A DNA stretch of 64,000 nucleotides from Auanema rhodensis (GCA_964057225.1 CAXKVF010000078.1:1-64000); one strand, 5' to 3'; positions 31,001 to 47,560 are shown, numbered from the stretch's first letter. Numbers and translations: made by a program. The notes: generated by a model from the sequence alone, not told the origin.

Positions 31001-34000
31001 CAAGTGCACATCACGTGTACATTTAATTAGCATAAATTAAAGTTCACGTAAATTTCAAAGTCATGGTTACCATGAACCAATATCAATAAAAATTTGTTTT
31101 TAGACTAATATGGACATGGGGAATCTAATTTTGAAAACCGCATCTCTTTATCTTTCACGTGAAGCGAGTTACATACCAAGTGCACATCACGTGTACATTT
31201 AATTAGCATAAATTAAAGTTCACGTAAATTTCAAAGTCATGGTTACCATGCGCCAATATCAATAAAAATTTGTTTTTAGACTAATATGGACATGGGGAAT
31301 CTAATTTTGAAAACCGCATCTCTTTATCTTTCACGTGAAGCGAGTTACATACCAAGTGCACATCACGTGTACATTCAATTAGCATAAATTAAAGTTCACG
31401 TAAATTTCAAAGTCATGGTTACCATGCACCAATATCAATAAAAATTTGTTTTTAGACTAATATGGACATGGGGAATCTAATTTTGAAAACCGCATCTCTT
31501 TATCTTTCACGTGAAGCGAGTTACATACCAAGTGCACATCACGTGTACATTTAATTAGCATAAATTTAAGTTCACGTAAATTTCAAAGTCATGGTTACCA
31601 TGCACCAATATCAATAAAAATTTGTTTTTAGACTAATATGGACATGGGGGATCTAATTTTGAAAACCGCATCTCTTTATCTTTCACGTGAAGCGAGTTAC
31701 ATACCAAGTGCACATCACGTGTACATTTAATTAGCATAAATTAAAGTTCACGTAAATTTCAAAGTCATGGTTATCATGAACCAATATCAATAAAAATTTG
31801 TTTTTAGACTAATATGGACATGGGTAATCTAATTTTGAAAACCGCATCTCTTTATCTTTCACGTGAAGCGAGTTACATACCAAGTGCACATCACGTGTAC
31901 ATTTAATTAGCATAAATTAAAGTTCACGTAAATTTCAAAGTCATGGTTACCATGAACCAATATCAATAAAAATTTGTTTTTGGACTAATATGGACATGGG
32001 GAATCTAATTTTGAAAACCGCATCTCTTTATCTTTCACGTGAAGCGAGTTACATACCAAGTGCACATCACGTGTACATTTAATTAGCATAAATTAAAGTT
32101 CACGTAAATTTCAAAGTCATGGTTACCATGCACCAATATCAATAAAAATTTGTTTTTAGACTAATATGGACATGGGGAATCTAATTTTGAAAACCGCATC
32201 TCTTTATCTTTCACGTGAAGCGAGTTACATACCAAGTGCACATCACGTGTACATTTAATTAGCATAAATTAAAGTTCACGTAAATTTCAAAGTCATGGTT
32301 ACCATGCACCAATATCAATAAAAATTTGTTTTTAGACTAATATGGACATGGGGAATCTAATTTTGAAAACCGCATCTCTTTATCTTTCACGTGAAGAGAG
32401 TTACATACCAAGTGCACATCACGTGTACATTTAATTAGCATAAATTAAAGTTCACGTAAATTTCAAAGTCATGGTTACCATGAACCAATATCAATAAAAA
32501 TTTGTTTTTAGACTAATATGGACATGGGGAATCTAATTTTGAAAACCGCATCTCTTAATCTTTCACGTGAAGCGAGTTACATACCAAGTGTACATCACGT
32601 GTACATTTAATTAGCATGAATTAAAGTTCACGTAAATTTCAAAGTCATGGTTACCATGAACCAATATCAATAAAAATTTGTTTTTAGACTAATATGGACA
32701 TGGGGAATCTAATTTTGAAAACCGCATCTCTTTATCTTTCTCGTGAAGCGAGTTACATACCAAGGGCACATCACGTGTACATTTAATTAGCATAAATTAA
32801 AGTTCACGTAAATTTCAAAGTCATGGTTACCATGAACCAATATCAATAAAAATTTGTTTTTAGACTAATATGGACATGGGGAATCTAATTTTGAAAACCG
32901 CATTTCTTTATCTTTCACGTGAAGCGAGTTACATACCAAGTGCACATCACGTGTACATTTAATTAGCATAAATTAAAGTTCACGTAAATTTCAAAGTCAT
33001 GGTTACCATGCACCAATATCAATAAAAATTTGTTTTTAGACTAATATGGACATGGGGAATCTAATTTTGAAAACCGCATCTCTTTATCTTTCACGTGAAG
33101 CGAGTTACATACCAAGTGCACATCACGTGTACATTTAATTAGCATGAATTAAAGTTCACGTAAATTTCAAAGTCATGGTTACCATGCACCAATATCAATA
33201 AAAATTTGTTTTTAGACTAATATGGACATGGGGAATCTAATTTTGAAAACCGCATCTCTTTATCTTTCACGTGAAGCGAGTTACATACCAAGTGCACATC
33301 ACGTGTACATTTAATTAGCATAAATTAAAGTTCACGTAAATTTCAAAGTCATGGTTACCATGCACCAATATCAATAAAAATTTGTTTTTAGACTAATATG
33401 GACATGGGGAATGTAATTTTGAAAACCGCATCTCTTTATCTTTCACGTGAAGCGAGTTACATACCAAGTGCACATCACGTGTACATTTAATTAGCATAAA
33501 TTAAAGTTCACGTAAATTTCAAAGTCATGGTTACCATGCACCAATATCAATAAAAATTTGTTTTTAGACTAATATGGACATGGGGAATCTAATTTTGAAA
33601 ACCGCATCTCTTTATCTTTCACGTGAAGCGAGTTACATACCAAGTGCACATCACGTGTACATTTAATTAGCATAAATTAAAGTTCACGTAAATTTCAAAG
33701 TCATGGTTACCATGCACCAATATCAATAAAAATTTGTTTTTAGACTAATATGGACATGGGGAATCTAATTTTGAAAACCGCATCTCTTTATCTTTCACGT
33801 GAAGCGAGTTACATACCAAGTGCACATCACGTGTACATTTAATTAGCATAAATTTAAGTTCACGTAAATTTCAAAGTCATGGTTACCATGCACCAATATC
33901 AATAAAAATTTGTTTTTAGACTAATATGGACATGGGGGATCTAATTTTGAAAACCGCATCTCTTTATCTTTCACGTGAAGCGAGTTACATACCAAGTGCA

Positions 34001-34400
34001 CATCACGTGTACATTTAATTAGCATAAATTAAAGTTCACGTAAATTTCAAAGTCATGGTTATCATGAACCAATATCAATAAAAATTTGTTTTTAGACTAA
34101 TATGGACATGGGTAATCTAATTTTGAAAACCGCATCTCTTTATCTTTCACGTGAAGCGAGTTACATACCAAGTGCACATCACGTGTACATTTAATTAGCA
34201 TAAATTAAAGTTCACGTAAATTTCAAAGTCATGGTTACCATGAACCAATATCAATAAAAATTTGTTTTTAGACTAATATGGACATGGGGAATCTAATTTT
34301 GAAAACCGCATCTCTTTATCTTTCACGTGAAGCGAGTTACATACCAAGTGCACATCACGTGTACATTTAATTAGCATAAATTAAAGTTCACGTAAATTTC
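28080..34400. repeat. Higher-order duplication, 18 monomers (3168 bp), two copies; boundaries approximate
   Basis: TGCGCC at 28084 and 31252, TTTGGACT at about 28813 and 31981, and GAAGAGAG at about 29228 and 32396. Confidence 0.9.
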
Positions 34401-37400
34401 AAAGTCATGGTTACCATGCACCAATATCAATAAAAATTTGTTTTTAGACTAATATGGACATGGGGAATCTAATTTTGAAAACCGCATCTCTTTATCTTTC
34501 ACGTGAAGCGAGTTACATACCAAGTGCACATCACGTGTACATTTAATTAGCATAAATTAAAGTTCACGTAAATTTCAAAGTCATGGTTACCATGCACCAA
34601 TATCAATAAAAATTTGTTTTTAGACTAATATGGACATGGGGAATCTAATTTTGAAAACCGCATCTCTTTATCTTTCACGTGAAGAGAGTTACATACCAAG
34701 TGCACATCACGTGTACATTTAATTAGCATAAATTAAAGTTCACGTAAATTTCAAAGTCATGGTTACCATGAACCAATATCAATAAAAATTTGTTTTTAGA
34801 CTAATATGGACATGGGGAATCTAATTTTGAAAACCGCATCTCTTTATCTTTCACGTGAAGCGAGTTACATACCAAGTGCACATCACGTGTACATTTAATT
34901 AGCATAAATTAAAGTTCACGTAAATTTCAAAGTCATGGTTACCATGAACCAATATCAGTAAAAATTTGTTTTTAGACTAATATGGACATGGGGAATCTAA
35001 TTTTGAAAACCGCATCTCTTTATCTTTCACGTGAAGCGAGTTACATACCAAGTGCACATCACGTGTACATTTAATTAGCATAAATTAAAGTTCACGTAAA
35101 TTTCAAAGTCATGGTTACCATGAACCAATATCAATAAAAATTTGTTTTTAGACTAATATGGACATGGGGAATCTAATTTTGAAAACCGCATCTCTTTATC
35201 TTTCACGTGAAGCGAGTTACATACCAAGTGCACATCACGTGTACATTTAAATAGCATAAATTAAAGTTCACGTAAATTTCAAAGTCATGGTTACCATGCA
35301 CCAATATCAATAAAAATTTGTTTTTAGACTAATATGGACATGGGGAATCTAATTTTGAAAACCGCATCTCTTTATCTTTCACGTGAAGCGAGTTACATAC
35401 CAAGTGCACATCACGTGTACATTTAATTAGCATAAATTAAAGTTCACGTAAAATTCAAAGTCATGGTTACCATGCACCAATATCAATAAAAATTTGTTTT
35501 TAGACTAATATGGACATGGGGAATCTAATTTTGAAAACCGCATCTCTTTATCTTTCACGTGAAGCGAGTTACATACCAAGTGCACATCACGTGTACATTT
35601 AATTAGCATAAATTAAAGTTCACGTAAATTTCAAAGTCATGGTTACCATGAACCAATATCAATAAAAATTTGTTTTTAGACTAATATGGACATGGGGAAT
35701 CTAATTTTGAAAACCGCATCTCTTTATCTTTCACGTGAAGCGAGTTACATACCAAGTGCACATCACGTGTACATTTAATTAGCATAAATTAAAGTTCACG
35801 TAAATTTCAAAGTCATGGTTACCATGAAGCAATATCGATAAAAATTTGTTTTTAGACTAATATGGACATGGGGAATCTAATTTTGAAAACCGCATCTCTT
35901 TATCTTTCACGTGAAGCGAGTTACATACCAAGTGCACATCACGTGTACATTTAATTAGCATAAATTAAAGTTCACGTAAATTTCAAAGTCATGGTTACCA
36001 TGAACCAATATCAATAAAAATTTGTTTTTAGACTAATATGGACATGGGGAATCTAATTTTGAAAACCGCATCTCTTTATCTTTCACGTGAAGCGAGTTAC
36101 ATACCAAGTGCACATCACGTGTACATTTAATTAGCATAAATTAAAGTTCACGTAAATTTCAAAGTCATGGTTACCATGAAGCAATATCAATAAAAATATG
36201 TTTTTAGACTAATATGGACATGGGGAATCTAAATTTGAAAACCGCATCTCTTTATCTTTCACGTGAAGCGAGTTACATACCAAGTGCACATCACGTGTAC
36301 ATTTAATTAGCATAAATTAAAGTTCACGTAAATTTCAAAGTCATGGTTACCATGAACCAATATCAATAAAAATTTGTTTTTAGACTAATATGGACATGGG
36401 GAATCTAATTTTGAAAACCGCATCTCTTAATCTTTCACGTGAAGCGAGTTACATACCAAGTGCACATCACGTGTACATTTAATTAGCATGAATTAAAGTT
36501 CACGTAAATTTCAAAGTCATGGTTACCATGAACCAATATCAATAAAAATTTGTTTTTAGACTAATATGGACATGGGGAATCTAATTTTGAAAACCGCATC
36601 TCTTTATCTTTCTCGTGAAGCGAGTTACATACCAAGGGCACATCACGTGTACATTTAATTAGCATAAATTAAAGTTCACGTAAATTTCAAAGTCATGGTT
36701 ACCATGAACCAATATCAATAAAAATTTGTTTTTAGACTAATATGGACATGGGGAATCTAATTTTGAAAACCGCATTTCTTTATCTTTCACGTGAAGCGAG
36801 TTACATACCAAGTGCACATCACGTGTACATTTAATTAGCATAAATTAAAGTTCACGTAAATTTCAAAGTCATGGTTACCATGCACCAATATCAATAAAAA
36901 TTTGTTTTTAGACTAATATGGACATGGGGAATCTAATTTTGAAAACCGCATCTCTTTATCTTTCACGTGAAGCGAGTTACATACCAAGTGCACATCACGT
37001 GTACATTTAATTAGCATAAATTAAAGTTCACGTAAATTTCAAAGTCATGGTTACCATGAACCAATATCAATAAAAATTTGTTTTTAGACTAATATGGACA
37101 TGGGGAATCTAATTTTGAAAACCGCATCTCTTAATCTTTCACGTGAAGCGAGTTACATACCAAGTGCACATCACGTGTACATTTAATTAGCATGAATTAA
37201 AGTTCACGTAAATTTCAAAGTCATGGTTACCATGAACCAATATCAATAAAAATTTGTTTTTAGACTAATATGGACATGGGGAATCTAATTTTGAAAACCG
37301 CATCTCTTTATCTTTCTCGTGAAGCGAGTTACATACCAAGGGCACATCACGTGTACATTTAATTAGCATAAATTAAAGTTCACGTAAATTTCAAAGTCAT

Positions 37401-40400
37401 GGTTACCATGAACCAATATCAATAAAAATTTATTTTAAAACTAATATGGACATGGGGAATCTAATTTTGAAAACCGCATTTCTTTATCTTTCACGTGAAG
37501 CGAGTTACATACCAAGTGCACATCACGTGTACATTTAATTAGCATAAATTAAAGTTCACGTAAATTTCAAAGTCATGGTTACCATGCACCAATATCAATA
37601 AAAATTTGTTTTTAGACTAATATGGACATGGGGAATCTAATTTTGAAAACCGCATCTCTTTATCTTTCACGTGAAGCGAGTTACATACCAAGTGCACATC
37701 ACGTGTACATTTAATTAGCATAAATTAAAGTTCACGTAAATTTCAAAGTCATGGTTACCATGAACCAATATCAATAAAAATTTGTTTTTAGACTAATATG
37801 GACATGGGGAATCTAATTTTGAAAACCGCATCTCTTTATCTTTCACGTGAAGCGAGTTACATACCAAGTGCACATCACGTGTACATTTAATTAGCATAAA
37901 TTAAAGTTCACGTAAATTTCAAAGTCATGGTTACCATGAACCAATATCAATAAAAATTTGTTTTTAGACTAATATGGACATGGGGAATCTAATTTTAAAA
38001 ACCGCATCTCTTTATCTTTCACGTGAAGCGAGTTACATACCAAGTGCACATCACGTGTACATTTAATTAGCATAAATTAAAGTTCACGTAAATTTCAAAG
38101 TCATGGTTACCATGCACCAATATCAATAAAAATTTGTTTTTAGACTAATATGGACATGGGGAATCTAATTTTGAAAACCGCATCTCTTTATCTTTCACGT
38201 GAAGCGAGTTACATACCAAGTGCACATCACGTGTACATTTAATTAGCATAAATTAAAGTTCACGTAAATTTCAAAGTCATGGTTACCATGCACCAATATC
38301 AATAAAAATTTGTTTTTAGACTAATATGGACATGGGGAATCTAATTTTGAAAACCGCATCTCTTTATCTTTCACGTGAAGAGAGTTACATACCAAGTGCA
38401 CATCACGTGTACATTTAATTAGCATAAATTAAAGTTCACGTAAATTTCAAAGTCATGGTTACCATGAACCAATATCAATAAAAATTTGTTTTTAGACTAA
38501 TATGGACATGGGGAATCTAATTTTGAAAACCGCATCTCTTTATCTTTCACGTGAAGCGAGTTACATACCAAGTGCACATCACGTGTACATTTAATTAGCA
38601 TAAATTAAAGTTCACGTAAATTTCAAAGTCATGGTTACCATGAACCAATATCAGTAAAAATTTGTTTTTAGACTAATATGGACATGGGGAATCTAATTTT
38701 GAAAACCGCATCTCTTTATCTTTCACGTGAAGCGAGTTACATACCAAGTGCACATCACGTGTACATTTAATTAGCATAAATTAAAGTTCACGTAAATTTC
38801 AAAGTCATGGTTACCATGAACCAATATCAATAAAAATTTGTTTTTAGACTAATATGGACATGGGGAATCTAATTTTGAAAACCGCATCTCTTTATCTTTC
38901 ACGTGAAGCGAGTTACATACCAAGTGCACATCACGTGTACATTTAAATAGCATAAATTAAAGTTCACGTAAATTTCAAAGTCATGGTTACCATGCACCAA
39001 TATCAATAAAAATTTGTTTTTAGACTAATATGGACATGGGGAATCTAATTTTGAAAACCGCATCTCTTTATCTTTCACGTGAAGCGAGTTACATACCAAG
39101 TGCACATCACGTGTACATTTAATTAGCATAAATTAAAGTTCACGTAAAATTCAAAGTCATGGTTACCATGCACCAATATCAATAAAAATTTGTTTTTAGA
39201 CTAATATGGACATGGGGAATCTAATTTTGAAAACCGCATCTCTTTATCTTTCACGTGAAGCGAGTTACATACCAAGTGCACATCACGTGTACATTTAATT
39301 AGCATAAATTAAAGTTCACGTAAATTTCAAAGTCATGGTTACCATGAACCAATATCAATAAAAATTTGTTTTTAGACTAATATGGACATGGGGAATCTAA
39401 TTTTGAAAACCGCATCTCTTTATCTTTCACGTGAAGCGAGTTACATACCAAGTGCACATCACGTGTACATTTAATTAGCATAAATTAAAGTTCACGTAAA
39501 TTTCAAAGTCATGGTTACCATGAAGCAATATCGATAAAAATTTGTTTTTAGACTAATATGGACATGGGGAATCTAATTTTGAAAACCGCATCTCTTTATC
39601 TTTCACGTGAAGCGAGTTACATACCAAGTGCACATCACGTGTACATTTAATTAGCATAAATTAAAGTTCACGTAAATTTCAAAGTCATGGTTACCATGAA
39701 CCAATATCAATAAAAATTTGTTTTTAGACTAATATGGACATGGGGAATCTAATTTTGAAAACCGCATCTCTTTATCTTTCACGTGAAGCGAGTTACATAC
39801 CAAGTGCACATCACGTGTACATTTAATTAGCATAAATTAAAGTTCACGTAAATTTCAAAGTCATGGTTACCATGAAGCAATATCAATAAAAATATGTTTT
39901 TAGACTAATATGGACATGGGGAATCTAAATTTGAAAACCGCATCTCTTTATCTTTCACGTGAAGCGAGTTACATACCAAGTGCACATCACGTGTACATTT
40001 AATTAGCATAAATTAAAGTTCACGTAAATTTCAAAGTCATGGTTACCATGAACCAATATCAATAAAAATTTGTTTTTAGACTAATATGGACATGGGGAAT
40101 CTAATTTTGAAAACCGCATCTCTTAATCTTTCACGTGAAGCGAGTTACATACCAAGTGCACATCACGTGTACATTTAATTAGCATGAATTAAAGTTCACG
40201 TAAATTTCAAAGTCATGGTTACCATGAACCAATATCAATAAAAATTTGTTTTTAGACTAATATGGACATGGGGAATCTAATTTTGAAAACCGCATCTCTT
40301 TATCTTTCTCGTGAAGCGAGTTACATACCAAGGGCACATCACGTGTACATTTAATTAGCATAAATTAAAGTTCACGTAAATTTCAAAGTCATGGTTACCA

Positions 40401-41900
40401 TGAACCAATATCAATAAAAATTTGTTTTTAGACTAATATGGACATGGGGAATCTAATTTTGAAAACCGCATTTCTTTATCTTTCACGTGAAGCGAGTTAC
40501 ATACCAAGTGCACATCACGTGTACATTTAATTAGCATAAATTAAAGTTCACGTAAATTTCAAAGTCATGGTTACCATGCACCAATATCAATAAAAATTTG
40601 TTTTTAGACTAATATGGACATGGGGAATCTAATTTTGAAAACCGCATCTCTTTATCTTTCACGTGAAGCGAGTTACATACCAAGTGCACATCACGTGTAC
40701 ATTTAATTAGCATAAATTAAAGTTCACGTAAATTTCAAAGTCATGGTTACCATGAACCAATATCAATAAAAATTTGTTTTTAGACTAATATGGACATGGG
40801 GAATCTAATTTTGAAAACCGCATCTCTTAATCTTTCACGTGAAGCGAGTTACATACCAAGTGCACATCACGTGTACATTTAATTAGCATGAATTAAAGTT
40901 CACGTAAATTTCAAAGTCATGGTTACCATGAACCAATATCAATAAAAATTTGTTTTTAGACTAATATGGACATGGGGAATCTAATTTTGAAAACCGCATC
41001 TCTTTATCTTTCTCGTGAAGCGAGTTACATACCAAGGGCACATCACGTGTACATTTAATTAGCATAAATTAAAGTTCACGTAAATTTCAAAGTCATGGTT
41101 ACCATGAACCAATATCAATAAAAATTTATTTTAAAACTAATATGGACATGGGGAATCTAATTTTGAAAACCGCATTTCTTTATCTTTCACGTGAAGCGAG
41201 TTACATACCAAGTGCACATCACGTGTACATTTAATTAGCATAAATTAAAGTTCACGTAAATTTCAAAGTCATGGTTACCATGCACCAATATCAATAAAAA
41301 TTTGTTTTTAGACTAATATGGACATGGGGAATCTAATTTTGAAAACCGCATCTCTTTATCTTTCACGTGAAGCGAGTTACATACCAAGTGCACATCACGT
41401 GTACATTTAATTAGCATAAATTAAAGTTCACGTAAATTTCAAAGTCATGGTTACCATGAACCAATATCAATAAAAATTTGTTTTTAGACTAATATGGACA
41501 TGGGGAATCTAATTTTGAAAACCGCATCTCTTTATCTTTCACGTGAAGCGAGTTACATACCAAGTGCACATCACGTGTACATTTAATTAGCATAAATTAA
41601 AGTTCACGTAAATTTCAAAGTCATGGTTACCATGAACCAATATCAATAAAAATTTGTTTTTAGACTAATATGGACATGGGGAATCTAATTTTAAAAACCG
41701 CATCTCTTTATCTTTCACGTGAAGCGAGTTACATACCAAGTGCACATCACGTGTACATTTAATTAGCATAAATTAAAGTTCACGTAAATTTCAAAGTCAT
41801 GGTTACCATGCACCAATATCAATAAAAATTTGTTTTTAGACTAATATGGACATGGGGAATCTAATTTTGAAAACCGCATCTCTTTATCTTTCACGTGAAG
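34400..41900. repeat. Higher-order duplication, 21 monomers (3696 bp), two copies; boundaries approximate
   Basis: TATCAGTA at 34958 and 38654, TTATTTTAAAAC at about 37431 and 41127, and TTTTAAAAACC at about 37996 and 41692. Confidence 0.9.
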
Positions 41901-44900
41901 CGAGTTACATACCAAGTGCACATCACGTGTACATTTAATTAGCATAAATTAAAGTTCACGTAAATTTCAAAGTCATGGTTACCATGAACCAATATCAATA
42001 AAAATTTGTTTTTAGACTAATATGGACATGATGAATCTAATTTTGAAAACCGCATCTCTTTATCTTTCACGTGAAGCGAGTTACATACCAAGTGCACATC
42101 ACGTGTACATTTAATTAGCATAAATTAAAGTTCACGTAAATTTCAAAGTCATGGTTACCATGAACCAATATCAATAAAAATTTGTTTTTAGACTAATATG
42201 GACATGGGGAATCTAATTTTGAAAACCGCATTTCTTTATCTTTCACGTGAAGCGAGTTACATACCAAGTGCACATCACGTGTACATTTAATTAGCATAAA
42301 TTAAAGTTCACGTAAATTTCAAAGTCATGGTTACCATGCACCAATATCAATAAAAATTTGTTTTTAGACTAATATGGACATGGGGAATCTAATTTTGAAA
42401 ACCGCATCTCTTTATCTTTCACGTGAAGCGAGTTACATACCAAGTGCACATCACGTGTACATTTAATTAGCATAAATTAAAGTTCACGTAAATTTCAAAG
42501 TCATGGTTACCATGAAGCAATATCAATAAAAATGTGTTTTTAGACTAATATGGACATGGGGAATCTAATTTTGAAAACCGCATCTCTTTATCTCTCACGT
42601 GAAGCGAGTTACATATCAAGTGCACATCACGTGTACATTTAATTAGCATAAATTAAAGTTCACGTAAATTTCAAAGTCATGGTTACCATGAACCAATATC
42701 AATAAAAATTTGTTTTTAGACTAATATGGACATGGGGAATCTAATTTTGAAAACCGCATCTCTTTATCTTTCACGTGAAGCGAGTTACATACCAAGTGCA
42801 CATCACGTGTACATTTAATTAGCATAAATTAAAGTTCACGTAAATTTCAAAGTCATGGTTACCATGAACCAATATCAATAAAAATTTGTTTTTAGACTAA
42901 TATGGACATGGGGAATCTAATTTTGAAAACCGCATCTCTTTATCTTTCACGTGAAGCGAGTTACATACCAAGTGCACATCACGTGTACATTTAATTAGCA
43001 TAAATTAAAGTTCACGTAAATTTCAAAGCCATGGTTACCATGAACCAATATCAATAAAAATTTGTTTTTAGACTAATATGGACATGGGGAATCTAATTTT
43101 GAAAACCGCATCTCTTTATCTTTCACGTGAAGCGAGTTACATACCAAGTGCACATCACGTGTACATTTAATTAGCATAAATTAAAGTTCACGTAAATTTC
43201 AAAGTCATGGTTACCATGAACCAATATCAATAAAAATTTGTTTTTAGACTAATATGGACATGGGGAATCTAATTTTGAAAACCGCATCTCTTTATCTTTC
43301 ACGTGAAGCGAGTTACATACCAAGTGCACATCACGTGTACATTTAATTAGCATAAATTAAAGTTCACGTAAATTTCAAAGTCATGGTTACCATGAACCAA
43401 TATCAATAAAAATTTGTTTTTAGACTAATATGGACATGGGGAATCTAATTTTGAAAACCGCATCTCTTTATCTTTCACGTGAAGCGAGTTACATACCAAG
43501 TGCACATCACGTGTACATTTAATTAGCATAAATTAAAGTTCACGTAAATTTCAAAGTCATGGTTACCATGAACCAATATCAATAAAAATTTGTTTTTAGA
43601 CTAATATGGACATGGGGAATCTAATTTTGAAAACCGCATCTCTTTATCTTTCACGTGAAGCGAGTTACATACCAAGTGCACATCACGTGTACATTTAATT
43701 AGCATAAATTAAAGTTCACGTAAATTTCAAAGTCATGGTTACCATGAACCAATATCAATAAAAATTTGTTTTTAGACTAATATGGACATGGGGAATCTAA
43801 TTTTGAAAACCGCATCTCTTTATCTTTCACGTGAAGCGAGTTACATACCAAGTGCACATCACGTGTACATTTAATTAGCATAAATTAAAGTTCACGTAAA
43901 TTTCAAAGCCATGGTTACCATGAACCAATATCAATAAAAATTTGTTTTTAGACTAATATGGACATGGGGAATCTAATTTTGAAAACCGCATCTCTTTATC
44001 TTTCACGTGAAGCGAGTTACATACCAAGTGCACATCACGTGTACATTTAATTAGCATAAATTAAAGTTCACGTAAATTTCAAAGTCATGGTTACCATGAA
44101 CCAATATCAATAAAAATTTGTTTTTAGACTAATATGGACATGGGGAATCTAATTTTGAAAACCGCATCTCTTTATCTTTCACGTGAAGCGAGTTACATAC
44201 CAAGTGCACATCACGTGTACATTTAATTAGCATAAATTAAAGTTCACGTAAATTTCAAAGTCATGGTTACCATGAACCAATATCAATAAAAATTTGTTTT
44301 TAGACTAATATGGACATGGGGAATCTAATTTTGAAAACCGCATCTCTTTATCTTTCACGTGAAGCGAGTTACATACCAAGTGCACATCACGTGTACATTT
44401 AATTAGCATAAATTAAAGTTCACGTAAATTTCAAAGTCATGGTTACCATGAACCAATATCAATAAAAATTTGTTTTTAGACTAATATGGACATGGGGAAT
44501 CTAATTTTGAAAACCGCATCTCTTTATCTTTCACGTGAAGCGAGTTACATACCAAGTGCACATCACGTGTACATTTAATTAGCATAAATTAAAGTTCACG
44601 TAAATTTCAAAGTCATGGTTACCATGAACCAATATCAATAAAAATTTGTTTTTAGACTAATATGGACATGGGGAATCTAATTTTGAAAACCGCATCTCTT
44701 TATCTTTCACGTGAAGCGAGTTACATACCAAGTGCACATCACGTGTACATTTAATTAGCATAAATTAAAGTTCACGTAAATTTCAAAGTCATGGTTACCA
44801 TGAACCAATATCAATAAAAATTTGTTTTTAGACTAATATGGACATGGGGAATCTAATTTTGAAAACCGCATCTCTTTATCTTTCACGTGAAGCGAGTTAC

Positions 44901-47560
44901 ATACCAAGTGCACATCACGTGTACATTTAATTAGCATAAATTAAAGTTCACGTAAATTTCAAAGCCATGGTTACCATGAACCAATATCAATAAAAATTTG
45001 TTTTTAGACTAATATGGACATGGGGAATCTAATTTTGAAAACCGCATCTCTTTATCTTTCACGTGAAGCGAGTTACATACCAAGTGCACATCACGTGTAC
45101 ATTTAATTAGCATAAATTAAAGTTCACGTAAATTTCAAAGTCATGGTTACCATGAACCAATATCAATAAAAATTTGTTTTTAGACTAATATGGACATGGG
45201 GAATCTAATTTTGAAAACCGCATCTCTTTATCTTTCACGTGAAGCGAGTTACATACCAAGTGCACATCACGTGTACATTTAATTAGCATAAATTAAAGTT
45301 CACGTAAATTTCAAAGTCATGGTTACCATGAACCAATATCAATAAAAATTTGTTTTTAGACTAATATGGACATGGGGAATCTAATTTTGAAAACCGCATC
45401 TCTTTATCTTTCACGTGAAGCGAGTTACATACCAAGTGCACATCACGTGTACATTTAATTAGCATAAATTAAAGTTCACGTAAATTTCAAAGTCATGGTT
45501 ACCATGAACCAATATCAATAAAAATTTGTTTTTAGACTAATATGGACATGGGGAATCTAATTTTGAAAACCGCATCTCTTTATCTTTCACGTGAAGCGAG
45601 TTACATACCAAGTGCACATCACGTGTACATTTAATTAGCATAAATTAAAGTTCACGTAAATTTCAAAGTCATGGTTACCATGAACCAATATCAATAAAAA
45701 TTTGTTTTTAGACTAATATGGACATGGGGAATCTAATTTTGAAAACCGCATCTCTTTATCTTTCACGTGAAGCGAGTTACATACCAAGTGCACATCACGT
45801 GTTCATTTAATTAGCATAAATTAAAGTTCACGTAAATTTCAAAGTCATGGTTACCATGAAGCAATATCAATAAAAATTTGTTTTTAGACTAATATGGACA
45901 TGGGGAATCTAATTTTGAAAACCTCATCTCTTTATCTTTTACGTGAAGCGAGTTACATACCAAGTGCACATCACGTGTACATTTAATTAGCATAAATTAA
46001 AGTTCACGTAAATTTCAAAGTCATGGTTACCATGAACCAATATCAATAAAAATTTGTTTTTAGACTAATATGGACATGGGGAATCTAATTTTGAAAACCG
46101 CATTTCTTTATCTTTCACGTGAAGCGAGTTACATACCAAGTGCACATCACGTGTACATTTAATTAGCATAAATTAAAGTTCACGTAAATTTCAAAGTCAT
46201 GGTTACCATGAACCAATATCAATAAAAATTTGTTTTTAGACTAATATGGACATGGGGAATCTAATTTTGAAAACCGCATCTCTTTATCTCTCACGTGAAG
46301 CGAGTTACATACCAAGTGCACATCACGTGTACATTTAATTAGCATAAATTAAAGTTCATGTAAATTTCAAAGTCATGGTTACCATGAACCAATATCAATA
46401 AAAATTTGTTTTTAGACTAATATGGACATGGGGAATCTAATTTTGAAAACCGCATCTCTTTATCTTTCACGTGAAGCGAGTTACATACCAAGTGCACATC
46501 ACGTGTACATTTAATTAGCATAAATTAAAGTTCACGTAAATTTCAAAGTCATGGTTACCATGAACCAATATCAATAAAAATTTGTTTTTAGACTAATATG
46601 GACATGGGGAATCTAATTTTGAAAACCGCATCTCTTTATCTTTCACGTGAAGCGAGTTACATACCAAGTGCACATCACGTGTACATTTAATTAGCATAAA
46701 TTAAAGTTCACGTAAATTTCAAAGTCATGGTTACCATGAACCAATATCAATAAAAATTTGTTTTTAGACTAATATGGACATGGGGAATCTAATTTTGAAA
46801 ACCGCATCTCTTTATCTTTCACGTGAAGCGAGTTACATACCAAGTGCACATCACGTGTACATTTAATTAGCATAAATTAAAGTTCACGTAAATTTCAAAG
46901 TCATGGTTACCATGAACCAATATCAATAAAAATTTGTTTTTAGACTAATATGGACATGGGGAATCTAATTTTGAAAACCGCATCTCTTTATCTTTCACGT
47001 GAAGCGAGTTACATACCAAGTGCACATCACGTGTACATTTAATTAGCATAAATTAAAGTTCACGTAAATTTCAAAGTCATGGTTACCATGAACCAATATC
47101 AATAAAAATTTGTTTTTAGACTAATATGGACATGGGGAATCTAATTTTGAAAACCGCATTTCTTTATCTTTCACGTGAAGCGAGTTACATACCAAGTGCA
47201 CATCACGTGTACATTTAATTAGCATAAATTAAAGTTCACGTAAATTTCAAAGTCATGGTTACCATGAACCAATATCAATAAAAATTTGTTTTTAGACTAA
47301 TATGGACATGGGGAATCTAATTTTGAAAACCGCATCTCTTTATCTTTCACGTGAAGCGAGTTACATACCAAGTGCACATCACGTGTTCATTTAATTAGCA
47401 TAAATTAAAGTTCACGTAAATTTCAAAGTCATGGTTACCATGAAGCAATATCAATAAAAATTTGTTTTTAGACTAATATGGACATGGGGAATCTAATTTT
47501 GAAAACCGCATCTCTTTATCTTTCACGTGAAGCGAGTTACATACCAAGTGCACATCACGT

